Shown: positions 10,898-22,450, counted from the stretch's first letter. The stretch is DNA of 64,000 bases from an uncultured Rivularia sp. (GCA_963665115.1 OY762007.1:7840001-7904000), one strand, 5' to 3'. The notes: generated from the sequence alone by a model not told the origin. Numbers and translations are program-made.

Positions 10898-12227
10898 AAT
10901 TACTGTTCTTTCATAACGATATACCGACTGATATTTGATTGATTGTTGGATGCCTTTTAAATTACTTTAAAATCTCAGAAAATAATGTTATGTCATAAAA
11001 CTGATAATAGCTTGATATAAACTAAATTTCCATAATCATAAAATTTCATGAAAGCCCGAACGTGATAAAATTATTCCTCTTATATTGGATTAAATCAATC
11101 TACTTGATAGCAAAAATATCATAGCTAAAACTAAACTTTATAAACTAAACTATTGAGATAAGCATTTTCATGCTTGATGTTTATGGACGTTATCTCAGGG
11201 CTATTTGCTCCCTTGTGTGACGAATTTAAATAATAAAATTTTTAGAATGTATTTGTTGCCACCAAAATGCTGTAAAAAATAATTATCGTATTATTATAAG
11301 GCTAATTTTAATACCAGTATTTTCAAATAAATACGACAAGTATATTTTGGAGAGTACTACGACATAACCCTTTGAGCATCTACAATCTAAAATGAAACGT
11401 CAGGTCTTAAAGCTGCAAATTAATTAGTTCCGTAGCTATTATTTGTACTAAGAAACATATGTATGTAAGGAAAAAACTATGCCCCTTTAGCAGGTTGACA
11501 ATATCAAACTTGTTTGACATACTTGAAGACAAGTTTTTTTGGGCTATTAACTAGGCGCTTCATTTATATTTAGCTGTAATTAAAATTTAATTTTTGTGAA
11601 GAGTGTTACTGCTATTTCCTAGAACAATGCCTTATTAATAATATAGAATAAAAATTAGTAAATATTTCGCTAGTAATTCATTAATTTTTTTCTACAGGAT
11701 ATTAGCGATCGGCGAAATATTACAGATTAAAGATGAGAGGTTAAATTTTAGACCAGCCTATTTTAGAATTTAGATTAAACTTCCACTCCGACGCAGGTTA
11801 ACGAGGTAGCTAAATTAAAAATCGCAAATTATTAACCCGCAATTTAAAATCTCAAATTGCCCCGGTTTATTTTTCAAGTAAAGTATCGTTCAAAATTCCT
11901 ACATCGTGTTAGGTAAAGTTGAATATTCCACACACATTTTTAATTGTTTATGCACGCGGTTACTAGTAGTCTATCTGCGGGAGCGAAGGAAGATTTTTAC
12001 CTATACCTACTCCCTACTCTCCACCCTCACCAGGTGTAATAAAAGGGTTTGTTGAGTATTAAGATAACTAGAAAATTTTTCAGCACATTATTATCTGCTG
12101 TCTTTGCGTAAAATCCGTCTTTGTATTAATAACGGGTTTCGGACAGAGTAAATCGGTTTTCTTAAGTAACTATTATAAGATCATCACCGTAATACAAAAC
12201 TTGGCTCTTCACAACTGGAATCAAAAT

Positions 12228-13425
12228 ATGTCAGCAGATAAGGAAAGGAAGTTTCTTGAAAAAACCCCCCCAAAGAGACGATTAATTTTAGCGACTTCCA
12301 TTGCTTTAGCTACAGCGATCGTTAGTTTCTTCAGCTATATACGATTTCGCCCTAGCATTCAAACCGAATCTCCTACCCCTGTAAATACAACTCCTGCGAG
12401 GGTAGCAATCACAGCTTTAGGGACGTATAGAACCCGAAGGTAAGGTGATTCAATTATCCGCTCCTAATTCAGTGAGTGGCTCGCGGGTAGAGAAACTATT
12501 TGTAAATCAAGGAAGTAAAGTAAAAACCGGACAAGTAGTAGCATTGCTTGACGGCTACGAGAAAGCTACAGTCAACGTACAACAAGCTTTAGATAAAGTC
12601 AGAGTTGCTCAAGCCAAATTAGCACAAGTAAAAGCTGGAGCAAAAAGAGGAGACATAGACGCGGCTCAAGCAGCAGCTGATAGATTACAGTCTCAACTAC
12701 AAGGAGAAATTGCTACGGGAAATGCTACTGTTGCACGGTTGCAAGCAGAGTTAGATAATGCTCAAACTGAATATAATCGCTACCAAAAGCTGTACAAACA
12801 GGGAGCGGTTTCGACTTCGATAGCAGATACTAAAAGTCTGCAAGTAAGCACATTACAGCAGCAACTTAATGAAGCTCAAGCAACCCTCAATCGTAGTGTT
12901 AATACTCTGCAAGACCAAATCAGAGAAGCTAAAGCAAAATTAAACAGCATCCAGGAAGTTCGTCCTCAAGATCTTCAACTTGCACAAGCTGAAGTCAAAA
13001 GTGCAACCAGTGCTGTAGAACAAGCCAAAGCAGAACAGGAATTAAGCGTTCTTAAATCTTCTATTACCGGGACAGTATTAAAAATTAATACTAAACCAGG
13101 AGAAATAGTTTCCTCTGAAGGAATAATGGAGATAGGTAGAACAAATCAGATGTATGTGATAGCGGAAGTTTATCAGACAGATATTCAGAAAGTGCGTCTG
13201 GGTCAAAAAGTTATCATTTCCAGTACAGCATTACCTCGGGAATTAAAAGGAACCGTTACCGAGATTGGGTTATTAGTTGATAGACAAAAAATTCTCAATA
13301 TTAATCCAGGAGCAGATACCGACAGAAGAATTGTGGAAGTAAAAATTCGCATTGACGAACTAGAAGACAACAAGCTAATTATGGGTTTAACAAATTTACA
13401 GGTAGATGTGGCCATTCAAATATAA
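12228..13425 (+). CDS. hgdB: DevB-family membrane fusion protein (HgdB-like), split by a +1 G at 12420-12422
   Basis: Removing one G gives ITALGRIEPEGKVIQLSAP, joining 12201..12443 and 12445..13425; DevB motifs AEVYQTDI, DRRIVEVKIR, LTNLQVDV. Confidence 0.85.
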
Positions 13426-13950
13426 TAGGACTTAGGGAGTGAAACCAAAAATAAAGGTTTTAGGCTATAGGGAAAAGGAAACGGGGAACTTTTAATTACA
13501 GCGATTTTAAATATCTAAGTGCGTAAATCCTATATAAGCAAGAACCAATTTGAAGGGTGAATTTAAAAATTGGTATTAGGTAATGAGTCATTGGGATATT
13601 TTTCAGTTGAAAGAATTGATCGGAATAAACAAGGGTAATGATTTTTACCTACGGACAATAATAGCTATATAAACGAAGCTGCCACGCATTTGATCTGTAT
13701 TTTACTAGCGGGCAAGATGCCCGCACCACAATGTATTTACGTTTTAGTCTTATACAATGCCCGCTGCACATCAGCTTACCTTCATTCTTCATAAGTAGTT
13801 AAGCTCGCACTACTTATCGCACTATTTATATAATTCTGCTGTGTTATATAACCGTTCCCCCCAACCCTATTCCTTACCTAGAAAAAATGTTTAATTTAAT
13901 GAAGGCACAGGTACTTACTTGATTCATTCTAAATTCAATACTTGATAATC

Positions 13951-15129
13951 ATGGCTTCAAAAATTCCTTTAGCATGGTTACAGCTAATTAGAAACAAGCT
14001 TCGTTCTTGTATAGCTGTGGCTGGTATCGCTTTTATTGTTATGCTGATGTTTATGCAACTTGGATTTCAAGATGCTCTTTACAGCAGTGCAACTCAGGTA
14101 CATCGCAGTCTCCAAGGAGACTTATTTTTAGTTAGTTCTCAATATAAAGCATTAACCGCAACCCAAAGCTTTTCTCGGACTCGTTTATATCAAGCTTTAG
14201 GATTTGAAGGTGTAGAATCAGTTACTCCAATTTATTTAGGATTTGCTAAATTTAAAAATCCCGATAATGGTGAAAAATACTCAATATACGTAATGGGTTT
14301 TGAACCTAGTAAAGCCATCATTAACTTACCAGGAATCCAAGAAAATATAGATAAATTGAAATTATCCGATGTCGTATTATTTGATAAAGATTCTCGACCG
14401 GAATTTGGGGATGTTGCTCTCAGATTTGAACGGGGAGAGTCCCAACCAAACATCGAAATATTTCCCTTTGATTCATTATCAGGATTAAGACTTAGAGTCG
14501 GTGGATTATTTAGTTTAGGTCCTTCCTTCGGGGTAGATGGGAACTTAATTGTTAGCGATACAACATTCCTGCGGGTATTTCAGAATGCTCGCCCTACCGA
14601 CAAAATAGATGTAGGAGCGATCGCCCTTAAACCCGGAGTAAATGCCGAAAAAATTACACAACAACTAAGAGAGAAATTACCTAACGATGTCCTGATATTT
14701 ACCCACGAAGAATTTATTAACTTTGAAAAAGAATATTGGGCTAATAGAACACCAATTGGTTTTATTTTAAATCTGATGCTAACAATGGGTTCTGTAGTTG
14801 GCATAGTCATCGTTTACCAAATATTATTTAGCAACATTGCCAGTCAATTAGTAGCATACGCGACTTTAAAAGCCATAGGTTATGCCAATAATTATTTATT
14901 AAGAGTAGTTTTTAAACAAGCTTTCATTTTAGCAGTGTTAGGTTATATCCCAGGTTGGATTACCTCCAAATACCTGTATGAATTCGCAATGAAAGCCACA
15001 AAACTACCTATAAGTATGAGCTTCAGCAATGCATTAATAGTTTTAATTGCAACAGCATTAATGTGTATGACTTCCGGTGCATTAACCATAAATCAACTCC
15101 GCTCCGCAGATCCCGCAGATATTTTTTAG
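13951..15129 (+). CDS. hgdC: DevC-family ABC transporter permease (HgdC-like)
   Basis: KIPLAWLQL, FMQLGFQDALY, YATLKAIGY, LRSADPADIF; follows devB homolog in hgl island; ATG at 13951. Confidence 0.9.
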   Translation: MASKIPLAWLQLIRNKLRSCIAVAGIAFIVMLMFMQLGFQDALYSSATQVHRSLQGDLFLVSSQYKALTATQSFSRTRLYQALGFEGVESVTPIYLGFAKFKNPDNGEKYSIYVMGFEPSKAIINLPGIQENIDKLKLSDVVLFDKDSRPEFGDVALRFERGESQPNIEIFPFDSLSGLRLRVGGLFSLGPSFGVDGNLIVSDTTFLRVFQNARPTDKIDVGAIALKPGVNAEKITQQLREKLPNDVLIFTHEEFINFEKEYWANRTPIGFILNLMLTMGSVVGIVIVYQILFSNIASQLVAYATLKAIGYANNYLLRVVFKQAFILAVLGYIPGWITSKYLYEFAMKATKLPISMSFSNALIVLIATALMCMTSGALTINQLRSADPADIF

Positions 15130-15315
15130 AGTAGGGAGTAGGGAGTTGGGAGTTGGGAGTTGGGAGTAGGGAGTTGGGAGTAGGGAGTTGGGAGTTGGGA
15201 GTAGAGAGTAGGGAGTTGGGAGTTAGTGTTTTTTACCCATTACCAATTACCAATTACCCATTACCAATTACCAATTACCAATTACCAATTACCTATTACC
15301 TATTACCCATTACCA
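15130..15315. repeat. STRR heptamer arrays (GGGAGTT/GGGAGTA, then TTACCAA)
   Basis: Directly visible tandem 7-mers. Confidence 0.92.
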
Positions 15316-15348
15316 AAAATATTCAAACAATTCTATAAGCGAAAAAAT

Positions 15349-16332
15349 ATGAACCTTACAGATAAAACATTACTAATCACCGGAATTGGTGGATTTATTG
15401 GTTTACGTGCGGCAGAAATAGCTATAGCTAAAGGCTTAAAAGTCCGTGGATTGGAAAAAGATCCCGATTTGGCTAAAAAAGCTCAAAAACTCGGTGCTGA
15501 AGTTATTCTCGGCAGTGTTACCGATTTACCTATTACTCAAAAAGCTTGTCAGGATGTGGATATAGTTTTACATACTGAAGAAATGGCAAAAGAAGGAGGT
15601 TCAACTAAAGAATTTAGTCAGGTTAATATTGACGGAACTATAAATATCGGTAAAGCTGCTCGCGATACTGGAATTAAAACTTTTGTTCATCTTTCTACTG
15701 CTTTAGTTTATGGTTTTGATTACAAGAATGGTGTTACTGAGAGCGAAAAACTTGTAAAAGAAAAAAATCCTTATTGCCAAACAAAAATAGAAGCAGAAAA
15801 AGCTTTACAGCAACTAAATAGTTCGCAAGATTTTGGTATTATTATCATCCGTGCTGGCGATGTTTATGGTCCCGGTTCTATTCCTTGGACGGTGCGACCA
15901 ATATCGTTTATGCAGCAAAAGTTATTTGCTTATACTAACGAAGGAAAAATAATTAATCATGTATATGTAGATAATTTAATTGATGCCATTTTTCTAGCTA
16001 TAGAAAAAGAGCAACATGGTGAAATATTTAATATTACCGACGGAAAAGAAACTTCTCCCCAAGAATATTTTACTCGTTTAGCAGAAACAGCAGGTCATAG
16101 CGCCCCTTCATCTTTAGGAAAAGAAGAAATTAGAATCTTTTTGAAATTGCGCTGTCAAGGACAAAAACTTTTACGCAAACAGCCAGATATTTATCCCGAA
16201 GCGGTAGATTTTATGAGCCGCCCTTATGCTTTTTCTATTGATAAAGCACGTAGAATCTTGAATTACAAACCAGCTGTTTCTTTAGATGAAGGAATGAGTC
16301 GTATTAAAGAATCGCTGAATAATCAAGAGTAA
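15349..16332 (+). CDS. hgdA: NAD-dependent epimerase/dehydratase, extended SDR (HgdA/all5345-like)
   Basis: LITGIGGFIG Rossmann motif, YCQTK catalytic YxxxK, VYGPG; ATG at 15349 (upstream extension in ORF track is repeat-derived); synteny after hgdC. Confidence 0.8.
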   Translation: MNLTDKTLLITGIGGFIGLRAAEIAIAKGLKVRGLEKDPDLAKKAQKLGAEVILGSVTDLPITQKACQDVDIVLHTEEMAKEGGSTKEFSQVNIDGTINIGKAARDTGIKTFVHLSTALVYGFDYKNGVTESEKLVKEKNPYCQTKIEAEKALQQLNSSQDFGIIIIRAGDVYGPGSIPWTVRPISFMQQKLFAYTNEGKIINHVYVDNLIDAIFLAIEKEQHGEIFNITDGKETSPQEYFTRLAETAGHSAPSSLGKEEIRIFLKLRCQGQKLLRKQPDIYPEAVDFMSRPYAFSIDKARRILNYKPAVSLDEGMSRIKESLNNQE

Positions 16333-16343
16333 TCAGGTTTAAG

Positions 16344-16540
16344 CGGGAAGGGGGAGAGGGGGGAGAGGGGGAAGAGGGGGTAGATGGGGAGACAAGGGGA
16401 CAAGGGGAAATTTAAAACTCTTAACTCGTAATTCCTAACTCCTAATTCTCAACTCACTACTCACTACTTACTACTTACTACTCCTAACTCTTACTCCCTA
16501 ACCCCGACAATTATATATCAACTATCAACTATCAACTAAG
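16344..16540. repeat. Purine-rich 9-mer repeats plus heptamer STRRs
   Basis: GGGGAGAGG/GACAAGGGG units, then CTACTTA, ACTATCA arrays. Confidence 0.8.
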
Positions 16541-16543
16541 AAA

Positions 16544-17011
16544 ATGAAAAAGTCTTTTTTTTGTTGCTTGTTATTTTCCACTTTAGCAAGTATCGGATTA
16601 GTTATAAAAGCTAATGCTGTAGAAGATTCTGCGAATTTGACTGTTGCGATTAAAGGTATTAAGAACCAAAAAGGTCAGGTTTGTCTGAGAATCTTTGAAA
16701 GCGAACGTGGGTTTCCTCTTGGTAATAGCAGCGAACTGAAAAGTCAATGCACGAAAATTACTGGTAATTCTCTCGAACAAAATTTTGCAGGCTTAAAAAA
16801 AGGCACTTATGCTATTGCGGTTATTGATGACCAAAATGGTAATAACAAACTAGATCGAGATTTTTTTGGTATCCCTGAAGAAGGATTCGGTATTTCCAAT
16901 AATCCTACCGTATCCATAAAAACTGGGACTCCTAATTTTGAGAAAGCAAGGTTTTCATTAGATCAAAATAAAATGGTTGAGATTGAAATGAAATATTCTC
17001 TCGATCCTTAA
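16544..17011 (+). CDS. DUF2141 family secreted protein
   Basis: Signal peptide; GTYAIAVIDDQNGNNKLDRDFFGIPEEGFGISNNP signature. Confidence 0.88.
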   Translation: MKKSFFCCLLFSTLASIGLVIKANAVEDSANLTVAIKGIKNQKGQVCLRIFESERGFPLGNSSELKSQCTKITGNSLEQNFAGLKKGTYAIAVIDDQNGNNKLDRDFFGIPEEGFGISNNPTVSIKTGTPNFEKARFSLDQNKMVEIEMKYSLDP

Positions 17012-17025
17012 ATTACACCTAAATT

Positions 17026-17397
17026 ATGGATAAACAAGCTTTAGGTATGGCGATTTTTATGGGACTATATGTTCCATTATTCACGGGGGTTTCTGTGACA
17101 ATACACCGTTTTTCACGACGTAAACCGCAGCAAAACAACAAAATTATTATTGTCCATCGTCAATTTGAAAGCCAATCTTTTGACAGTATCAATAAAAATT
17201 CTGTTTTTAAGCTGGATAAATCCCATAGCTTACCTTTTTCAAAAAATGTCTCGGAGATTAAAACACTCTCATTTTACAAGTTTTTACCTCCAGCCTATAT
17301 AAGAGACAACAACTTATTGCAGAACTTCGATTTAAACAAAATTGCAATCGATGAATCACAAGTAAATCTGCAAAAAATATCACCACGACATGATTGA
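17026..17397 (+). pseudogene. Divergent N-terminal fragment of the HglT-like GT4 glycosyltransferase
   Basis: MDKQALGMAIFMGLYVPLFTGVSVTIHR aligns with MLKQPLRLAIATGLYAPFLTGVSVAVHQ; also LSFYKFLPP vs LIFYNSLPQ and DNNLLQNF vs DTKLLESF; stops at 123 aa. Confidence 0.7.
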
Positions 17398-17434
17398 ATG
17401 TTAGCTTTTCTCAAATGTGTAAAGGTTTCTAGAA

Positions 17435-18691
17435 ATGAAATTTTGGGCGATCGCACTGCTGCAAACTTTGCTAGGTTGGCTGGTAATTCAGATAGCTTTA
17501 ACGTCGATCTTTATCTATTATTTACGTTCAAATAGCGTTAATTCACTTTCCGATAGCCAACTTCCTAAGACGGCAGTTATTCTATGCTTGCGAGGGGTAG
17601 ATCCTTTTCTCGCCAACTGTTTAAAAGCTTTATTGGAACAAGACTACCCCCAATACGATTTGAAAATCGTAGTTGATAGTCAGGAAGATCCAGCATGGCA
17701 AGTAGCTAGCGATACTGTTGCTGAGTGCAATGCTACTAATGTGCAAATCAGTCCTTTAAAGATAGCTAGTACCGTCTGTAGCTTGAAATGCAGTTCGTTA
17801 ATACAAGCTGTCTCTGAATTAGATAGTTCTTACAAGGTAGTTGCTTTAGTCGATGCAGATGCTGTAGTTCATTCTAGTTGGTTGCGCGAATTAGTTACAC
17901 CTTTAATGCATCCAAAAGTAGGAGCCACTACAGGGAACCGCTGGTATCTAGCCCAAGGCAGCTACTGGGGAACTCTAATCAGATATATCTGGAATGTCTC
18001 GGCAGTAATACAAATGTATCTTTACGGTATCTGTTGGGGAGGAACTTTAGCGATTAAAACACAAGTGATTCATGAAACCGGAATGCTTGAAAGATGGGCA
18101 AGGGGTTTAAGCGAAGATACGATGCTTAAAGGTATCCTCGCTGAATACGATTTAAAAGTAAAATTTGTGCCTTCTTTGTTAATATTTAATCGCGAAGAAT
18201 GCACTTTAGCAAACTTAATGAATTGGATGAAACGCCAATTATTAATTTCTCGACTATATCATTCTCAATGGTGGTTGGTAGTTGTAGAAGCGGTGTTTTC
18301 CACACTGTTACCAAATTTGATATTTGTGTTAGTTTTTGTAAATATATTATTAGCTAAATGGGATGTTTCGCTAATTCTATTTACTTGCTATAGTCTCTAC
18401 ATATTTTCTCTAGTTTTGATAACAACCGCTGTAGAAATAGAAGTGAGAAAAGTAATAAACTATCGATGGTTGATGCCGAATATATCATTTACAACATTAA
18501 TCAAAAAACTGATAGAAATTCCTTTAACACATTGGTTCTATGGATACACTTTAGTATCATCAATGTGGATGTCAAAAGTCTATTGGCGTAAGATAGTCTA
18601 CCGGATAAAAAGTCCCTTTAATATTCAGTTAACCAAATATCATCCCTATCAATCAGATAAGCAACCAACTGATAATCAAGTTTCTCTTTAG
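17435..18691 (+). CDS. GT2/GT21-like membrane glycosyltransferase (ceramide glucosyltransferase/HpnI-like)
   Basis: N-terminal TM, CLRGVDPFL, QDYPQY, DAD motif, WGGTLAI, SED, C-terminal TM helices and VYWRKIVY. Confidence 0.85.
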   Translation: MKFWAIALLQTLLGWLVIQIALTSIFIYYLRSNSVNSLSDSQLPKTAVILCLRGVDPFLANCLKALLEQDYPQYDLKIVVDSQEDPAWQVASDTVAECNATNVQISPLKIASTVCSLKCSSLIQAVSELDSSYKVVALVDADAVVHSSWLRELVTPLMHPKVGATTGNRWYLAQGSYWGTLIRYIWNVSAVIQMYLYGICWGGTLAIKTQVIHETGMLERWARGLSEDTMLKGILAEYDLKVKFVPSLLIFNREECTLANLMNWMKRQLLISRLYHSQWWLVVVEAVFSTLLPNLIFVLVFVNILLAKWDVSLILFTCYSLYIFSLVLITTAVEIEVRKVINYRWLMPNISFTTLIKKLIEIPLTHWFYGYTLVSSMWMSKVYWRKIVYRIKSPFNIQLTKYHPYQSDKQPTDNQVSL

Positions 18692-18738
18692 GAAAATCAT
18701 CATCAGAGAGTAGTGATTTGTATCATTAACTCTGAGAG

Positions 18739-18790
18739 GTTTGTAGTAAGGACTTTAGTCCCCCAGAGCGATAAATCGCTTACTACAAAC
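18739..18790. repeat. GTTTGTAGTAAG...CTTACTACAAAC inverted-repeat element; related copies at 1343-1405, 22480-22535, 59313-59380
   Basis: 12-bp terminal inverted repeats with variable interior, four intergenic copies. Confidence 0.8.
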
Positions 18791-18861
18791 TTTGTTACCC
18801 TTTCATGTTCGTAGCTCCGGAATGTGGGTCCCCCTTCAGAATAAATTCTATATATTTAATC

Positions 18862-20130
18862 ATGTTAAAACAACCTCTTCGTCTGGCGATCGCCACTGGA
18901 TTATATGCTCCATTTTTAACCGGAGTTTCTGTTGCAGTACATCAACGGGTACGCTGGTTTTTGCAGCAAGGGCATGAAGTATTTCTGATTCATCCGCAAA
19001 TTAACAATCGGTATCCTCCTAATGTTGGTAAACGTCCGATGGCTGGATTGGATGAACTACAGCAGTATCCCAACTTTACTTCCTTCGCATTTCCTACACA
19101 GCCATTAATATTTTATAACTCTCTTCCTCAACCATTAAGCTATCGGCATTGGAGCGATACTAAATTATTAGAAAGCTTTAATCCCGATGTTGTATTAGTA
19201 GAAGAAGCAGCGCAAATGAGAGGACTATATTCGCTTTTTTTACAAGGCTATGGTCGTCCTGTTGCAGTTGAATACGCGAAAAAGACCGGCACTCCTACAA
19301 TATCTCTATTTCATACTGATATAGTCGCCTATATTCAATATTATTTAGGAAACAGACTATTCAACTTAATTAGTCCGATTGTTCCTAGCTTAATTAAACA
19401 ATTTAGCGAGTCTTACTACCTGAGTTTATTTTCCTCAAAAGAACAACTTGCTAAATATCAAGCTATGAAATGTCAGAATAGCGAATACTTTCCCTATCAA
19501 GGAGTTGACTGTAAAAAATTCAATCCCGAAAATATTATCTTTAATCCCATTCCTAACGACAATAGACCAACTTTATTATTCGTAGGACGCATTACAGCGG
19601 AAAAAAATGTTAATCAATTACTAGATATATATCCTAAAATTGCCGAGAAAATTAAAGACGTTCACTTAGTAATTATTGGTAGCGGCCCCATAGAAGAAGA
19701 AATTAAACAACGTGCCCAACAATTTGGTTCCGGCGTAACAGTTTGGGGTGAATCTCACCGAGAAGAACTTTTAGGATGGTTTGCTCGTGCAGATGTATTT
19801 GTTAATCCTTCCATCACCGAAAACTTCTGCACCACAAACAACGAAGCTTTGGCTTCCGGAACTCCCGTAGTTGCTGCGGTAGCACCTTCCACAGCAGAAC
19901 AAGTAACACCAGGTCATAACGGCTTTTTAGCAGAACCGAATAATCCAGAAGATTTCGCTGAGAAAATCATTCAAATTCTGGACAATGCTGAATTAAAAGA
20001 GAAAATGACAGCAAATGCTCGTCCTTCAATTTTAGAATTTGATTGGTCTGCCTGTATGGAAAAATTTGAATTGAAGCTTTATCAAGTTGTTGCAGAATCG
20101 CAGAATAAATTGACGGGTGGTGGTTTGTAG
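18862..20130 (+). CDS. hglT: GT4 glycosyltransferase, heterocyst glycolipid glycosyltransferase HglT-like, copy 1
   Basis: GT-B fold motifs FVGRITAEKN, ENFCTTNNEALASG (E-x7-E); position at end of hgd cluster; ATG at 18862. Confidence 0.78.
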   Translation: MLKQPLRLAIATGLYAPFLTGVSVAVHQRVRWFLQQGHEVFLIHPQINNRYPPNVGKRPMAGLDELQQYPNFTSFAFPTQPLIFYNSLPQPLSYRHWSDTKLLESFNPDVVLVEEAAQMRGLYSLFLQGYGRPVAVEYAKKTGTPTISLFHTDIVAYIQYYLGNRLFNLISPIVPSLIKQFSESYYLSLFSSKEQLAKYQAMKCQNSEYFPYQGVDCKKFNPENIIFNPIPNDNRPTLLFVGRITAEKNVNQLLDIYPKIAEKIKDVHLVIIGSGPIEEEIKQRAQQFGSGVTVWGESHREELLGWFARADVFVNPSITENFCTTNNEALASGTPVVAAVAPSTAEQVTPGHNGFLAEPNNPEDFAEKIIQILDNAELKEKMTANARPSILEFDWSACMEKFELKLYQVVAESQNKLTGGGL

Positions 20131-20234
20131 TTAAAAGTTTTTGCGTTATCTCATGCAATTAGCCTTTATATACCGATCCAAAATCTAAAATTTCCTACTC
20201 AAAAAAATAAGTCTCCAAATAACTATTTTTAATC

Positions 20235-21505
20235 ATGTTAAAACAACCTCTTCGTCTGGCGATCGCTACTGGATTATATGCTCCATTTTTAACAGGTGTT
20301 TCTGTTGCAGTACATCAACGCGCTCGTTGGTTTTTGCAACAGGGACATGAAGTATTTTTGATTCACCCGCAAATTAACGATCGCTATCCGGCAAATGTTG
20401 GCAAACGTCCGATGTCAGGATTGGATGAACTCCAGCAATATCCAAATTTTAGTTCCTATGCATTTCCTACGGAACCACTGATATTTTACAACTCTCTTCC
20501 TCAACCGCTAAACCATAGGCACTGGAGCGATACTAAACTATTAGAAGATTTCAACCCCGATGTAATATTAGTTGAAGAAGCTGCACAAATGAGGGGGCTG
20601 TATTCGCTTTTTTTACAAGGTTATGGTCGTCCTGTTGCAGTAGAATATGCTAAAAAAACCGGCACTCCAACAATTTCTTTATTTCATACCGATATCGTTG
20701 CCTATATCCAATATTATTTAGGCAATCAATTATTCAATTTGATTCGTCCGATTATTCCCAACTTAATTAAACAATTTAGCGAATCTTACTATCTAAGTCT
20801 ATTCCCTTCCAAAGGACAACTTGTTAAATACGAAAAAATGAAATGTCAGCGTAGTGAGTACTTTCCTTTTCAAGGAGTTGATTGTACAAAATTTAATCCC
20901 GAAAATATTATTTACAATCCCATCCCCAACGACCATAGACCAACTTTATTATTTGTAGGACGCATCACAGCCGAAAAGAATGTTAATCAACTTTTAGAAA
21001 TATATCCGATAATTGCTGAGAAAATTAAAGACGTTCATTTAGTAATTATTGGTAGCGGGCCCCCATAGAAGAACAAATTAAACAACGCGCTCAAGAATTC
21101 GGTTCCGGTGTAACATTTTGGGGAGAATCTCACGGCACAGAACTTTTAGGATGGTTTGCTCGTGCAGATATATTTGTTAACCCATCGACTACCGAAAATT
21201 TTTGTACAACAAACACCGAAGCTTTAGCTTCCGGGACTCCAGTTATTGCCGCAGTTGCAACCTCCACAGCAGAGCAAGTTACACCAGGTTATAACGGCTT
21301 TTGGGCAGAATCAAATAATTCAGAAGATTTCGCCGATAAAATCATTCAAATTCTCGAAAATGCTGAATTAAAAGAGAAAATGACAGCAAATGCTCGTCCT
21401 TCGATTTTGGAATTTGATTGGTCTGCGTGTATGGAAAAATTTGAGTTGAAGCTTTATCAAGTTGTTGCTAAACCCCAGAGGAAATTAATGGGTGTTGGTT
21501 TGTAA
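20235..21505 (+). CDS. hglT: GT4 HglT-like copy 2, interrupted by +2 insertion at 21057-21064
   Basis: Closely similar to copy 1; GGGCCCCC here versus GGCCCC in copy 1; span 1271 nt = 1269+2; downstream frame is intact to TAA 21503-21505. Confidence 0.75.
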
Positions 21506-21534
21506 TTAAGAGTTTTTACGTTATCTCATGGAAT

Positions 21535-21645
21535 TAGCCCTCACCCTTGAAGGGTGGGGCTACAATTACGAAGCCCACCTGCGTGGGCTAGAAAGAGTTT
21601 GACAAAAAGCCCCCCTTTCCAAGGGGGGTTGGGGGGATCTAAACC
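21535..21645. repeat. Two adjacent palindromic dispersed repeats, possible bidirectional terminator
   Basis: AGCCCTCACCCTTGAAGGGTGGGGCT, AGCCCACCTGCGTGGGCT and CCCCCCTTTCCAAGGGGGG hairpins between convergent genes. Confidence 0.7.
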
Positions 21646-21823
21646 TGTGGAATACTAACTATTTAGTAGCTTGGCTTCACGGCGCACTATGAAATTAGGT
21701 TTTAACTATAAATTAATATTGCGGCGTAACCCAACATCTTTTTTATTAGTATTTTATTGATTGATTTGAAGACGGGATTTCACGCTTAAATATAGTGGTG
21801 CAAAATGTCAGGATAAACAAGAA

Positions 21824-22450
21824 TCAAATTTCACTATTCTTTACACTTCCATCTGGCATGATAGTTTCACAGAAATAGGCATTTCTAAAAATAGCGTTAT
21901 CCAAATTAACTCCGAAGAAGTTAGTTCTAGTCAAGTTGGCTCCAGTGAAATAAGTCTTCTCCCGCAATTTAACGTTTCTAAAATCAACATTAGTCAAATT
22001 GGCACCACCGAAATTGGTATCGATAGCTTTAATATTACTCAAATTGACTCCGCTCAAATTAGTCTCGTGGAAATTAGTCTCTTGCAAGTCAGATCCAGTC
22101 AAATTAGCTCCAGTCAAATTGGCTCTATCAAGACTCGCTCGCCACAAACAAGCTCTGCTCAAATTAGCCCCACTCAAATCGGCTTCAATGAAACGGGCAT
22201 AATTCAAGTCAACATTTCTCAAATCGGCTCCACTCAAATTAATTCCATGCATCCAAAGAGTGATTTTGTGCAAATCAGCACCCTTCAAAATAGCTCCGCT
22301 GAGATTAACTCCTTGAAGTTCCCACTCATCGAGTTCCGTGTAGGGAGTATCTAAAACCAAATTAATTCCAGAAAACTTTCTTTCCCCAGCAGCATATCGC
22401 TCAAGCAATTCCTTAAAAGTTATTTCTATCGGTCGCAAACTTTTCGGCAT
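21824..22450 (-). CDS. Pentapeptide repeat protein
   Basis: ELLERYAAGERKF N-terminus, A(D/N)LxG repeats, IMPDG end. Confidence 0.93.
   Translation of the reverse strand: MPKSLRPIEITFKELLERYAAGERKFSGINLVLDTPYTELDEWELQGVNLSGAILKGADLHKITLWMHGINLSGADLRNVDLNYARFIEADLSGANLSRACLWRASLDRANLTGANLTGSDLQETNFHETNLSGVNLSNIKAIDTNFGGANLTNVDFRNVKLREKTYFTGANLTRTNFFGVNLDNAIFRNAYFCETIMPDGSVKNSEI

Noticed and set aside
8498..12227. NtcA box (GTA-N8-TAC) or DIF1 motif (TCCGGA) in the long hgl intergenic regions
   Set aside because: Manual scan of 8498-9240 and 10898-12227 found no canonical match, only weak variants
12228..15129. Missing DevA-type ATPase as a novelty
   Set aside because: The known hgdBC locus also lacks a linked ATPase; the ATPase at 49562 is a different ABC-2 family
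2387..21505. Decay of the hgl island (loss of heterocyst function)
   Set aside because: The breaks are isolated homopolymer insertions also seen in murJ, with no nonsense decay; artefact is more parsimonious
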